Source: a virus
Taxonomy: Duplodnaviria > Caudoviricetes
Virus record (IMG/VR): IMGVR_UViG_3300020392_000014
Location: 1 to 61,408 of that record
Direction: 5' to 3' (one strand)
DNA: 61,408 nucleotides
In this document: in pieces, positions 48,060-57,075 of the stretch
Layout of the letters: every line of letters starts with the position of its first letter
Numbering within the stretch: the first letter of the stretch is position 1
Position numbers and translations under genes: made by a program
Notes under the pieces: generated by a model
What the model saw: the letters and a program-made list of their open reading frames with translations, nothing else
Databases searched by the model: none
What the model was told of the DNA's origin: nothing

Positions 48060-49289
48060 TTACAAACTTAATAAATCCTTTTTGAAATGATTTAGAGTAT
48101 AATCTTTCTTTTTAATAACAGTCTTATATATGTCATGCTCAATTCCTTTTTCCGAAAATATCCAATATAGTTTATTATATTTTCTATCTTTAGTAGTCAT
48201 CCTATCTCTTGATTGCCAATAGCTTGTAGCACTAAAATCTATATTGTAATAAACAAGTGCAGAAGCTAGTTTTAAACTTATACCCTCTCTTCCAGAAACT
48301 ATTTGTAAAGCAATAGATTTAGTAGTTGTGTTAAATTCTTGTATTTCTGTACATATTTCATCCTTATAAATACTTTTTATAGCATTTAATTCCTCTTTAA
48401 ATTTATAAAAAATAGCTATTTTTTTATTTCGAAAAGTAAAATAAATAAACTCAGCCTTTTTATAATCTAATACCATAGAACCCCCCTCCTCAAATTTTAC
48501 AGTACCAGAATAAAGTTGATGAAGTTTTGACATAAGTTTGACAGATGTATCAGCTAGTATAGTATTGTCGTTGCCTTGAACAACTAAATTCTTTTTTAAT
48601 TTTTCTATTATCATATATGTTATCTTATTCATCTTAACAGTTAAAACTTCCTCGTCGGTTGTAACTTTAAATCCCGCTTCTTTTTGTGTCCATGAAATAG
48701 TATATGGCTTCATCAAGTCTAGTATGGATTGTAGACCATGGCTGTAATCTTTTATCGGCATAGAACTAATGTATTTTAATTTTATGTTTGCGTGTACTTT
48801 AGCAAACGCATAAAAATTTCTAAACGAATGAAATGGATTATTGGGTATACCATAAACTTGGTGATACATTTGCACATAAGACTCTGGTGTAGGAGTACCA
48901 GATAAAAGTATCACAAAAGGATTGTTAAGCTTGATTAATTCTTTAACCTGTTTAGCTCTGCGACTAGGTTTAGGGTATGCACCCATACTATGAGCCTCAT
49001 CACAAATAATCATATCATAATTGTTTTTCTCGATCTTGTGTAAAGACTCGTAATTAATAATAGTGATGGAAAAAGAGGGGTTTAATTTATTATAATCGTC
49101 TTGTATACTATATATAGCCTTTTTTTTTGTAATGAACAAGAGGTTTTGAACAGGCAGAAGGCCACTCATACTCAAACTCGTTAACGTCTTGCCTGTCCTA
49201 ACCTCCATGGCAAGATACAAAAACTTGTATTTTTTAAGTATAGGTATGGCTGTGTTAACTATCTCCTGCTGATAATCTCTTAAGTTCAT
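48060..49289 (-). CDS. SF2 (SNF2-like) helicase
   Basis: LRDYQ, MEVRTGKT, DEAH, LSGTP, QSRDR. Confidence 0.85.
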   Translation of the reverse strand: MNLRDYQQEIVNTAIPILKKYKFLYLAMEVRTGKTLTSLSMSGLLPVQNLLFITKKKAIYSIQDDYNKLNPSFSITIINYESLHKIEKNNYDMIICDEAHSMGAYPKPSRRAKQVKELIKLNNPFVILLSGTPTPESYVQMYHQVYGIPNNPFHSFRNFYAFAKVHANIKLKYISSMPIKDYSHGLQSILDLMKPYTISWTQKEAGFKVTTDEEVLTVKMNKITYMIIEKLKKNLVVQGNDNTILADTSVKLMSKLHQLYSGTVKFEEGGSMVLDYKKAEFIYFTFRNKKIAIFYKFKEELNAIKSIYKDEICTEIQEFNTTTKSIALQIVSGREGISLKLASALVYYNIDFSATSYWQSRDRMTTKDRKYNKLYWIFSEKGIEHDIYKTVIKKKDYTLNHFKKDLLSL

Positions 49290-51694
49290 TAAAAATCTAT
49301 TTCTTGTATTTTTTCGTAGTGATGTTTATTTCTAAATATAATCCATCTAGCAGTATCTCTACCCTCCTCTGGCTCGCAGTCATGTTTATATAAATTATAA
49401 GCATGTAGCCATTTGTAAAATCTAATTCTTGATACAGTCATTTTTGCTTTAGGTGCAAAGTCTGGGTTATCATCAATAAAATCCATATACAAATCATGCT
49501 TGTATATTTTTTTATTTACTTTAAGTTTTTCGTTTTCATTTAAACCATCTACAAGACCGCACCACTCAATAAATTCATGGCATGTTTCTGCCGCTAGTTG
49601 TCTAATCTTAAGGTTTACAAATTCACTTTTTATTAAACCTTTATCAAGATAAAGCTGTAAACACTCTATCATAAAGTTGTCAAATTGACACCATTCCTCA
49701 TCATTCCATTCCCCGAACATAAGTTTACCAAACTCTCTTAGTGGTGTTCTGTCTCTCGTATAATATCTTGATAATTCTAATTCCCATTTTCGCCTTTCAA
49801 AAGATGATCCTTTGCCTTTGATAGCATAGTTAGTGGTAATACTAACCTTTGGGGATTTACTAAATGGTATTTTAATTGCATCTTTATTTTTTTTCTCAAG
49901 TGTCAAACCCTCTGTTACAACAGAAAACAACCTTTCAAAATCGAAATACTTTTTTACATCATCAAAGCAAAGTATCTGTGTATCAGCAGATACAAGTTGA
50001 TATGCAAATGATTTTTCAAAATTAAAACTTTTACCATCTATTACGACAAGTTTTTTCATTTGAGCCATTCCATTCATAAATAACCCTTTACCTGTACCTC
50101 CCTCTGGGTTATCAGAAATTACTTCATCATTTAAAATTACTGCGGGCGAATAAGATAAATTTTTCCAACCATGCAAAAGATATCCAATAGTTGATTGCAT
50201 AGATAATATTCTGCTTTCATTTTTACCGCAAATATTTTCTATAAACTTTCTAAAATCACACTGTGTGTTTTCACATTTTATAAAAGCTCTATCAATTACA
50301 TGGTCGCTCCAGACATATCCGCCTAAATCGAGATAATCTATTGAAACAAGTTCATCTTTAGTCACTTTAACTGCACAATTTTTGTAGTATAAGTATGCTG
50401 TATTTTTGTTGTCCTCAATAAAGTAAACATCTATTGATGAAAGAAGTGTTAAAAATTCCTCTCTAAAGTATCTAGTATTTTCTGCAAAGTAATTGTATAC
50501 ACTTACATCATTAATGTCTAACAGATAGTTAAGTATAAAATCTTTAATTTCTTTTTCACTCGTATGGTCAATTAGGTTGTTTGTAACACGAACGAAGACA
50601 TAGTTCTTGCTACCCTGCGGGTTAAATTTATAAAAGCCGTGTTCCTCTAAAAAACTTTTAAAAAAAAAATGTACGATTTTGACTACACCCTTATCGCTTT
50701 TTGTCCAGAACTTGTGATGCGATTGCTCCTCCTCAATTCTGTTTATAACATTATCAATAATAACAGGGTCAACATCATCCTCTAACTCCTCTTTGACTTG
50801 TTTTTTTGTGCCCCCTTGCTTCAACCTAAATCTAATTTGGTTTACTTTATCCTCATCCTCATAATACTTGGTACCAAAGTTTTGTTTTTGTGCATAAGCT
50901 GATTGAATTGTTCGCTTGATTTCTAATTGTTTAAAATCTTTTGTAGCATAATTATTCAATACAAATTCCGCTAAAGTTTGATTAATACCAAAGTCATTAA
51001 AGGCTGAAGCTAGGATAAACACATTTTGATTTCTCTGTCCCTCTATCATAGGGTACTTTTTTTTCCACCATTTAGTTAAAATATCTACAATCTTATTCTC
51101 ATCAGTAATAGGTATTGTAGGTAAATCAACATTTTTATTTATTTCATTAAATTCCTCCTCCTCTATACGATCCCACACACTTGAAGTTTTGTTTATGTAT
51201 ATGAGAGGGTCATACGACTCATAACATACCCGACTTAAGTTCTTAGATGTCTTGTCGAAGTAATCTGAATTAAAAAATGATTGCAAACTTAAAAAGTATG
51301 ACTTGTGGTTTTCTGGTTCCGATGGTATTTTTACCAGAGCTTTCAAACCTTTACCACTTGGAGATATAAAGACAGAGAAAATGTATTTATTTTTTGATAA
51401 TCTTTCTTTTTCTTGAAGCAAATCTCTGTTACTCTTGTAGCCGTCAAAGTCTAAACATATTAGTCCAGAGTGTTCCTCAAGAGAATTGTCGCTTCTTTTT
51501 GTAAACTTACCGCTAAAACACACCGCAGGTAAACCTTGTTTGTAGGTGTTTCGCTGAGTTTTATCTTTTTCTGCTCTTATTTTTTTTACTAAATCTTTAC
51601 TAGATCCTTCTCTGATTCTGTTCAATATAACATGAACATCCCTATAAAAAGGCTGACTTGTAGTCTTAATATCTTTGAATATAGTAATTATCAC
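49289..51694 (-). CDS. Primase-helicase (BT4734/VirE-N primase, PriCT, P-loop helicase)
   Basis: HSGLICLDFD, FISPSGKGLK, EGQRN, GGTGKGL, LCFDD. Confidence 0.85.
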   Translation of the reverse strand: MIITIFKDIKTTSQPFYRDVHVILNRIREGSSKDLVKKIRAEKDKTQRNTYKQGLPAVCFSGKFTKRSDNSLEEHSGLICLDFDGYKSNRDLLQEKERLSKNKYIFSVFISPSGKGLKALVKIPSEPENHKSYFLSLQSFFNSDYFDKTSKNLSRVCYESYDPLIYINKTSSVWDRIEEEEFNEINKNVDLPTIPITDENKIVDILTKWWKKKYPMIEGQRNQNVFILASAFNDFGINQTLAEFVLNNYATKDFKQLEIKRTIQSAYAQKQNFGTKYYEDEDKVNQIRFRLKQGGTKKQVKEELEDDVDPVIIDNVINRIEEEQSHHKFWTKSDKGVVKIVHFFFKSFLEEHGFYKFNPQGSKNYVFVRVTNNLIDHTSEKEIKDFILNYLLDINDVSVYNYFAENTRYFREEFLTLLSSIDVYFIEDNKNTAYLYYKNCAVKVTKDELVSIDYLDLGGYVWSDHVIDRAFIKCENTQCDFRKFIENICGKNESRILSMQSTIGYLLHGWKNLSYSPAVILNDEVISDNPEGGTGKGLFMNGMAQMKKLVVIDGKSFNFEKSFAYQLVSADTQILCFDDVKKYFDFERLFSVVTEGLTLEKKNKDAIKIPFSKSPKVSITTNYAIKGKGSSFERRKWELELSRYYTRDRTPLREFGKLMFGEWNDEEWCQFDNFMIECLQLYLDKGLIKSEFVNLKIRQLAAETCHEFIEWCGLVDGLNENEKLKVNKKIYKHDLYMDFIDDNPDFAPKAKMTVSRIRFYKWLHAYNLYKHDCEPEEGRDTARWIIFRNKHHYEKIQEIDF

Positions 51695-51707
51695 TTAGTT
51701 AAATGCT

Positions 51708-51794
51708 TGGCACCTACAAAAGAATCGAACTTTTGTTACTCGTCAGTAAATCTCGCCTCCGTACTTAAACGTGTGGCTTTACCAAATTAGGTGC
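51708..51794 (-). ncRNA. tRNA-like element without a canonical anticodon arm
   Basis: Acceptor stem GCACCTA/TAGGTGC, T-arm CAAAAG-TTCGATT-CTTTTG, D-loop-like TGGTAAAGC. Confidence 0.55.
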
Positions 51795-51800
51795 TTGTAA

Positions 51801-52055
51801 TTAAAACGGGTCTATTTCTGTTTCTGTTTCAACAGGTTTTGTTTCAACTTTTTCTGGAGCGACATAAGGTATTTTGACATCTCCTGATTTATAATTATTA
51901 CCCGCTTGGGATACATTATTCCATATGCTCACTTCAAATTCCTCGCCTTTGAACATACCCCAACCTGTAAAATCAGGTTGTTTACCTTCTTTGTCTGTGT
52001 TTGGAAATAATATTATTTTACCTTCTTTATATTCCCTCGGTTTTTTTTCTGCCAT
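51801..52055 (-). CDS. SSB-like OB-fold protein (DUF736-like)
   Basis: KQPDFTG...VSIW; acidic C-terminus ending DPF. Confidence 0.65.
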   Translation of the reverse strand: MAEKKPREYKEGKIILFPNTDKEGKQPDFTGWGMFKGEEFEVSIWNNVSQAGNNYKSGDVKIPYVAPEKVETKPVETETEIDPF

Positions 52056-52227
52056 TTTTTTTAACTTTTATATTTTGTTCCAAAACTTCTATTGTTTGAT
52101 AAATTATTAATTCTTTATCCTCTCGTGTTTCACAAATATTTGGAACTTCTATCTGTAAAACATTTTCTTTTGTATCAATACCTAATGTTTTATAAAACCA
52201 TTTCTGTAACATGCTGAGATATGTCAT
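52027..52227 (-). CDS. Hypothetical protein
   Basis: Bridges the nuclease and SSB genes; start uncertain. Confidence 0.5.
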   Translation of the reverse strand: MTYLSMLQKWFYKTLGIDTKENVLQIEVPNICETREDKELIIYQTIEVLEQNIKVKKNGRKKTEGI

Positions 52228-52927
52228 GTGTTTTGTTTTTGCTGAAATATTTATTATAAACTTGTGTTGCATTAAAAACATTTTGTTTACCATATGCAAG
52301 AAACTCATCAGAGCATGGAGCTTTTAAAACTTGTAAAGTATTTTTATCTATCACTACAAACAACATGGGTTTTTTGAATTGCAATTCATATACATATGCT
52401 TGTGAATTATAACAAAATGCTCTTGCACTTGATCTAAAATTTTTTGAATTACCTGTGGTTTTTAAATCAACGACAAAATCCTCGTGCAAAATATCACATT
52501 TGGATTTCCACATATTACCCTCTATTTCCATGATAGCGGGTACTTCGTATTTGTTATTAGTATCTTGTATAATTTCTGAAATTTCCAACACACTTAATAA
52601 TTTATCTTTACACCTCAGCATAGTATCTCTTTCATGTAGTAACATAACATCATCTTTGTCTAAATTATTTTCTATCAAATAATCCTTAAATTTCTTTGTG
52701 CTTCTTGTCGAGCTGTCAAAGATAGGTATTTTAATAGGTTTGTCTGGCTCTAAAATAATTTGATGAAAATATCTACCCATTAATATTTCTGGACTTTTCT
52801 TTTCTTGTTTAAATTTTTCAGGTTGATAAAGAAGTGTCGAAACATCTGATGCTGATAAATATTCTTTACCAAAATCACCATAATACTTAGTATCATCTTT
52901 TAATTTTTCTAATAAATCAACTTGCAT
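52190..52927 (-). CDS. PD-(D/E)XK exonuclease, RecE/DUF3799-like
   Basis: LSAS, GRYFH, E...KSKCD...VDLKTT, YNSQAY. Confidence 0.8.
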   Translation of the reverse strand: MQVDLLEKLKDDTKYYGDFGKEYLSASDVSTLLYQPEKFKQEKKSPEILMGRYFHQIILEPDKPIKIPIFDSSTRSTKKFKDYLIENNLDKDDVMLLHERDTMLRCKDKLLSVLEISEIIQDTNNKYEVPAIMEIEGNMWKSKCDILHEDFVVDLKTTGNSKNFRSSARAFCYNSQAYVYELQFKKPMLFVVIDKNTLQVLKAPCSDEFLAYGKQNVFNATQVYNKYFSKNKTHDISQHVTEMVL

Positions 52928-53441
52928 GTGTTTTTAATTGAGATTCAACTTCTTTTGTTATGGTATATTTAGTTTCTAATTGTTGAATTATCCATGACAT
53001 ACCTTTTTGCTTATTGTTTACTACAAAATTTAAAACTTTGTCCCAATTATCATCTCCAATTTTTAAAGTGTATGCACCTTTTGGTTTACTATTTTGATTA
53101 GCAATGGCATTTTGTACTTCCTCTGCAGAAGCTACTGAAGTGTCAAGACCTATGCCCATATTTGCAAGAGCTCTCCCCCATGCAGAAGTTTCGCAGTTCT
53201 CTACATAACTTGTTTTATTAATAAAAGTTGATCCTTTCACTTCCTCTGCTATACCTGTGGCAATTTCTCTATCTTGCTCATCTCGTATCGTAGCTTTAAT
53301 TAGAATTGTATCAGGGGTTTTGTCTACAACCTCTGTGGTCAATGAATATTTTGGGTAATTGCTTCGAAAGTATTTTAATCTTTCGTTTACTTCAACATAA
53401 TCTTTACCCTTTATGTTGATAGTTTTTAACTTTTTGTTCAT
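52917..53441 (-). CDS. Single-strand annealing protein (Rad52/Sak-like)
   Basis: KGKDYVEVNERL...ENCETSAWGRALA; adjacent to the exonuclease and SSB genes. Confidence 0.65.
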   Translation of the reverse strand: MNKKLKTINIKGKDYVEVNERLKYFRSNYPKYSLTTEVVDKTPDTILIKATIRDEQDREIATGIAEEVKGSTFINKTSYVENCETSAWGRALANMGIGLDTSVASAEEVQNAIANQNSKPKGAYTLKIGDDNWDKVLNFVVNNKQKGMSWIIQQLETKYTITKEVESQLKTHAS

Positions 53442-53847
53442 ACTCGTTTAGATTTAATTTAATATTTAATTTATTTTTTCTTGCTGTATATTTTTGTAAA
53501 ATTCTTTCTCTCCTATTTTTTAAATTTTGGATATGCTTATCGTTTTTTCTGGTGTTGATTTCTGTTTTTATTCTGTTTTTAATTAAGTTTAATTTAAACT
53601 CATAATTATTTAGCAGAACAAATTCAGTACCCGCACTCCAGCCATACTTGTAAAAATAATCATACTCTTCCTTTGTGCATTCCATAAAATAATCTCCACC
53701 TTTTCCCATATTAAGTATTTCAATTTTTTCTGGAAACTTCAAAATCTTTGCCCCATTGTGCATAACTGATTCCATTTTTTGTGTCTGTGTGTAAATAGAA
53801 TTTGGCACTCTTTTAGCTTGGTCAAAAAGATGAAAAAGATTATACAT
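53404..53847 (-). CDS. Hypothetical protein
   Basis: Packed ORF. Confidence 0.65.
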   Translation of the reverse strand: MYNLFHLFDQAKRVPNSIYTQTQKMESVMHNGAKILKFPEKIEILNMGKGGDYFMECTKEEYDYFYKYGWSAGTEFVLLNNYEFKLNLIKNRIKTEINTRKNDKHIQNLKNRRERILQKYTARKNKLNIKLNLNEYEQKVKNYQHKG

Positions 53848-54133
53848 TTTGAACTTCCTCTATCATTTTTTTATAGTCAGGATCTGTATCTATTAGATTT
53901 TTGGCTTGTTTGTAACCATGAATAATGGTTGAATGTTGAACATCATAGCCATATTCCTTTAAAAATTTTCTTATATACGAAAGCCGAATAGGTCTTTCCA
54001 TACAAGCATAGTAAAGCATTTGTCTTGCATCTACTACATCTCGTTTCTTTGAGTTTTCAAACATCTCGTTCAAACTAAGATGAAATTGTTTTGCGATTGC
54101 ATTTGTGTATTTGTCGAATATTTCTTTTTTCAT
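53840..54133 (-). CDS. Stand-alone DnaA C-terminal (domain IV)-like HTH protein
   Basis: KKRDVVDARQMLYY...LSYI...QHSTIIHG resembles the DnaA pattern RQ..MYL...DHTTV.HA. Confidence 0.75.
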   Translation of the reverse strand: MKKEIFDKYTNAIAKQFHLSLNEMFENSKKRDVVDARQMLYYACMERPIRLSYIRKFLKEYGYDVQHSTIIHGYKQAKNLIDTDPDYKKMIEEVQNV

Positions 54134-54270
54134 TGGATTAAAGTATAAATGTAATAAGCTAATATAATAATTGTAGCAAGAAAACCCACCAATCTAAGCA
54201 GTTTAAATGTTTCATGCTCACTTTCAGGTGTTCTGCCCTGTCTACTTCTATATTGTCTATATCTTTTCAT
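54130..54270 (-). CDS. 46-aa membrane peptide MKRYRQYRSRQGR...TM (not in ORF track)
   Basis: ATGA overlap with the next gene; C-terminal TM. Confidence 0.65.
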   Translation of the reverse strand: MKRYRQYRSRQGRTPESEHETFKLLRLVGFLATIIILAYYIYTLIQ

Positions 54271-54280
54271 AATATTTTAA

Positions 54281-54398
54281 AAGTGAGGTGGACAGGACTG
54301 GAATGTTAGAGATGCACATTGGACTTACACTCTTTTATCTGTTTATCCTGTCTTTCTGGTCTTACCAATTTAGTGCCTTCCAAACTTAGACCTCACTT
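54281..54398 (-). ncRNA. Putative structured ncRNA
   Basis: 9-bp closing stem, nested 7-bp stem and internal hairpins in an intergenic gap; strand inferred from neighbours. Confidence 0.45.
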
Positions 54399-54647
54399 AT
54401 TTTAAAAGGTGGCTGATTATCCTTGCGAATCTCACTTATAGTGTGTTTCTTTTATTATCATTTAGGGCATGTTTATAGGACTAACCCCACCACCTGTTTG
54501 CCAAACCCCCCAGACCAAAAACAAAATGAAGAGAGGGGGGGTGTGGACTTGAAAACAACTAACTAAATAAACATGTGGACATTATCCTCATAGTAAAAAT
54601 CCTCATGTTCGGGATCTGAATAACATATAATCACTTTATTCATATTG

Positions 54648-54655
54648 CAAATTTA
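54648..54655 (-). promoter_or_regulatory. -7 promoter element TAAATTTG (minus strand)
   Basis: Upstream of the structured region and the replication/recombination operon. Confidence 0.5.
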
Positions 54656-54678
54656 GTATAAAAAACCGAAAAAAAAAA

Positions 54679-54834
54679 TTATTTCTTTTTCTTTTTTCTT
54701 TCAATACTATTTTTTAATATTTTTTTATTGTTATCCATAATAAAATCAAAATGCTTATCGCATTCCTCTTCTCCATACAGAAGAATGTCGCCTAACATTG
54801 CTTTCATTAGTTTTTTAAATTCTTGTTCTTTCAT
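54679..54834 (-). CDS. 51-aa early protein (not in ORF track)
   Basis: MKEQEFKKLMKAMLGD...; part of a coupled chain. Confidence 0.6.
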   Translation of the reverse strand: MKEQEFKKLMKAMLGDILLYGEEECDKHFDFIMDNNKKILKNSIERKKKKK

Positions 54835-54835
54835 A

Positions 54836-55006
54836 TTAATTTAAATTAATTTCTTTAATTATTCTATGAGGCTCACCCTCATTAAATTCTTTTAACGATT
54901 TATAATTAGTTTCTAAACATTCATTATGGTCTTGTAAAAACTCATAAATATCAGTGAAGAAATACATAATATCATCATCAGTTTCTTCATAAATAAAATA
55001 TTTCAT
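54836..55006 (-). CDS. 56-aa acidic early protein (not in ORF track)
   Basis: MKYFIYEETDDDIMYFF...; ATGA overlap. Confidence 0.6.
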   Translation of the reverse strand: MKYFIYEETDDDIMYFFTDIYEFLQDHNECLETNYKSLKEFNEGEPHRIIKEINLN

Positions 55007-55137
55007 ATTTTAAATTGATTATTATCGGCATATTCACATGCCTCGTTATACTTATTACTATCTACCTCATAGATGTAGTCTACGAATAAATTGTACCACT
55101 CCACTTTTGCATGAAGTTCTGCTTCTTGTTCAGTCAT
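55003..55137 (-). CDS. 44-aa acidic early protein (not in ORF track)
   Basis: MTEQEAELHAKVEWYNLF...; ATGA overlaps on both sides. Confidence 0.6.
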   Translation of the reverse strand: MTEQEAELHAKVEWYNLFVDYIYEVDSNKYNEACEYADNNQFKI

Positions 55138-55268
55138 AGGTTTTCTTGTATTAAATCTATTATCTCATCAAACTTTTCGCACCCACAGGTAGTTTGTGAA
55201 TCCTCTATACAGGGTGTATCATCTCTCAAATCTTTGAGTTTACCAATTATATAATCTTTATTTTTCAT
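55134..55268 (-). CDS. 44-aa early protein with C-x7-CGC (not in ORF track)
   Basis: MKNKDYIIGKLKDLRDDTPCIEDSQTTCGCEKF...; coupled. Confidence 0.55.
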   Translation of the reverse strand: MKNKDYIIGKLKDLRDDTPCIEDSQTTCGCEKFDEIIDLIQENL

Positions 55269-55506
55269 AATTATTTTTTTTGTTATACTCTGCTTTTAAT
55301 TTATTAAGATGATTAAATGCCTGTCCACATATATACTCGCAGATATCTTGCTTTATGTTCAACTCATAAATTCTCTTTGTGTCTTTTAATATCTGCTCAT
55401 GATCTGACTGACCTAAATATTTCATGCCCTCTCTATCGCATACATTCTTGACATCATCTGTTGTAATTGTAAAATTTACTTTCATTATATTAATTTGATT
55501 TTTCAT
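55258..55506 (-). CDS. Early hypothetical protein
   Basis: ATG at 55506 preferred over the track start. Confidence 0.6.
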   Translation of the reverse strand: MKNQINIMKVNFTITTDDVKNVCDREGMKYLGQSDHEQILKDTKRIYELNIKQDICEYICGQAFNHLNKLKAEYNKKNNYEK

Positions 55507-55726
55507 ATTTATTTTCTTTTGCATATACAAACACATCATTGTACAAATCATCTGTAACATACTCCCAGAAAAAATCTGTTATATCGTTATTATTAATAAT
55601 AACTTTCAATATAGTTAAGTCCTCCTCTGGTGGTTGTTCGTGTGTTCCATTGTCCCAATAATACTCGTACTCTACAAGCACATAATAAGTGTCGTAATTT
55701 ATACTATAAGTTCCTCTTGTTTTCAT
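55490..55726 (-). CDS. Acidic early protein
   Basis: Packed ORF, D/E/Y-rich. Confidence 0.65.
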   Translation of the reverse strand: MKTRGTYSINYDTYYVLVEYEYYWDNGTHEQPPEEDLTILKVIINNNDITDFFWEYVTDDLYNDVFVYAKENKYEKSN

Positions 55727-55727
55727 A

Positions 55728-56060
55728 TTATTCGTGTATTACTATGTCTGTATATATATTACAATAGTTGTAATATTCCCCTATTACTGAGTGAATATGA
55801 CCGTCCTCGCCTACACCTATCAAAAATGTTTTGTCTGGATAATCTTTCAATGTCTCGTTAAGAAAATTTTCTATCACTTGAACATCTTTATATTCATCAT
55901 ACCACTTTAAATATTCGCCCCTGAAAACTACTACATCATCAGCTTCGCAGTTAGCAATTTCAAACAAATCCTCAATCGTGTCGCCTCCTAAATCAAGATC
56001 CTTTAATTGTTTTTCTTTTTCTTTTGGTACTCCTAGTACCATTGTGCTTCTATATCCCAT
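55728..56060 (-). CDS. Early protein (MGYRS...KWY...GE type)
   Basis: Motif recalled from phage early regions. Confidence 0.7.
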   Translation of the reverse strand: MGYRSTMVLGVPKEKEKQLKDLDLGGDTIEDLFEIANCEADDVVVFRGEYLKWYDEYKDVQVIENFLNETLKDYPDKTFLIGVGEDGHIHSVIGEYYNYCNIYTDIVIHE

Positions 56061-56072
56061 AATATTTAATGT

Positions 56073-56363
56073 TTAAAGTACAGGTGCACATGGGTACTCC
56101 TTAATTGTAGTGAATAAAGCCCCACCATCATTGCCCTCATCATCAGCACTTGGATATACCCAGAACATAGTCCCATCTTTTCTTTTTAATAGCATACAAA
56201 GTGGAGACCTGTGCCACATCATATCATCTATCTCCTCTTGTGGCATGTACTCAACCTTTACTATGGTTGCACCTACTAAATTTAATCTCGCTTGGTCAGT
56301 CCAATAATTTTTGTATGACCCCGCTTTTTTTACTTTTTGTTCAAATGTTTCTTTTTGTTTCAT
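56073..56363 (-). CDS. Early protein (PSxDDEGNDGGAL type)
   Basis: Motif recalled from phage early regions. Confidence 0.7.
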   Translation of the reverse strand: MKQKETFEQKVKKAGSYKNYWTDQARLNLVGATIVKVEYMPQEEIDDMMWHRSPLCMLLKRKDGTMFWVYPSADDEGNDGGALFTTIKEYPCAPVL

Positions 56364-56365
56364 AA

Positions 56366-56536
56366 TTAATAATTGTTGTTAATAAAGTTAGTTACTTCGC
56401 TTGGGGTTAGATTTTCATAACCCTGTTTTCTCATGTCCTCTCTCACTTGTCGTGGGCTGACACAATTTGACTGACAGATAAAGTTAAAAACTAATCTGTT
56501 CTGTTTTTTTTGATTTACTCCATGATATATATTCAT
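56366..56536 (-). CDS. 56-aa early protein (not in ORF track)
   Basis: MNIYHGVNQKKQ...; AT-rich leader; TAAATTTG on the minus strand at 56595-56602. Confidence 0.55.
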   Translation of the reverse strand: MNIYHGVNQKKQNRLVFNFICQSNCVSPRQVREDMRKQGYENLTPSEVTNFINNNY

Positions 56537-56611
56537 AATTTAATTTAATTTAAGTTATTATAATTTTAAATGTACTAAAGTTAAACAAGAATTGCAAATT
56601 TATTTAACAAT

Positions 56612-56836
56612 TTAATATAGTCTTATCCTTTCACAAAGAAGCCATAAGTCCCTTTCTTGTTCAGTTTCAAACCATTCTACATTGACAATTTCATTGTTAT
56701 AGACATTATCAGTCCCTAAATCTTTTACAGGAACATCATAATAGTATATCCCATACAACAAGCCATTATTATTATCATCTTTAGATATTCTTTCTTGCTC
56801 GTAGTGAACAGGCAGTAATACAATCATATTGCTCAT
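56612..56836 (-). CDS. Early hypothetical protein
   Basis: Coupled ORF. Confidence 0.6.
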   Translation of the reverse strand: MSNMIVLLPVHYEQERISKDDNNNGLLYGIYYYDVPVKDLGTDNVYNNEIVNVEWFETEQERDLWLLCERIRLY

Positions 56837-57075
56837 TGTTTTCTTTCTTTAATTTGTTTCTTTATTTGTTCTGTTATTATGTCCAACATCTGACCATCTG
56901 TCAAATATTCTGGTGCTGAATCATCTGCTGAATGCACAGGATTTTCAACAAAATCAACCATTCGTTGAAGTATGTGAAGCAAATCTCCCATGTCTTTTTT
57001 TAATGAATGGATCTGATTTACTTTTTCTTGCATAAGTTGTCGTGCAGTTTCTCTGCTAAAATTTGTATTTACCAT
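56833..57075 (-). CDS. Early hypothetical protein
   Basis: Coupled ORF. Confidence 0.6.
   Translation of the reverse strand: MVNTNFSRETARQLMQEKVNQIHSLKKDMGDLLHILQRMVDFVENPVHSADDSAPEYLTDGQMLDIITEQIKKQIKERKQ

Noticed and set aside
51738-51748. Hammerhead ribozyme core CTGACGAG (minus strand)
   Set aside because: No stem II followed by GAAA; the segment fits a simple hairpin within the tRNA-like element.
51708-51794. attP site or temperate lifestyle
   Set aside because: No integrase or repressor is recognisable in the window.
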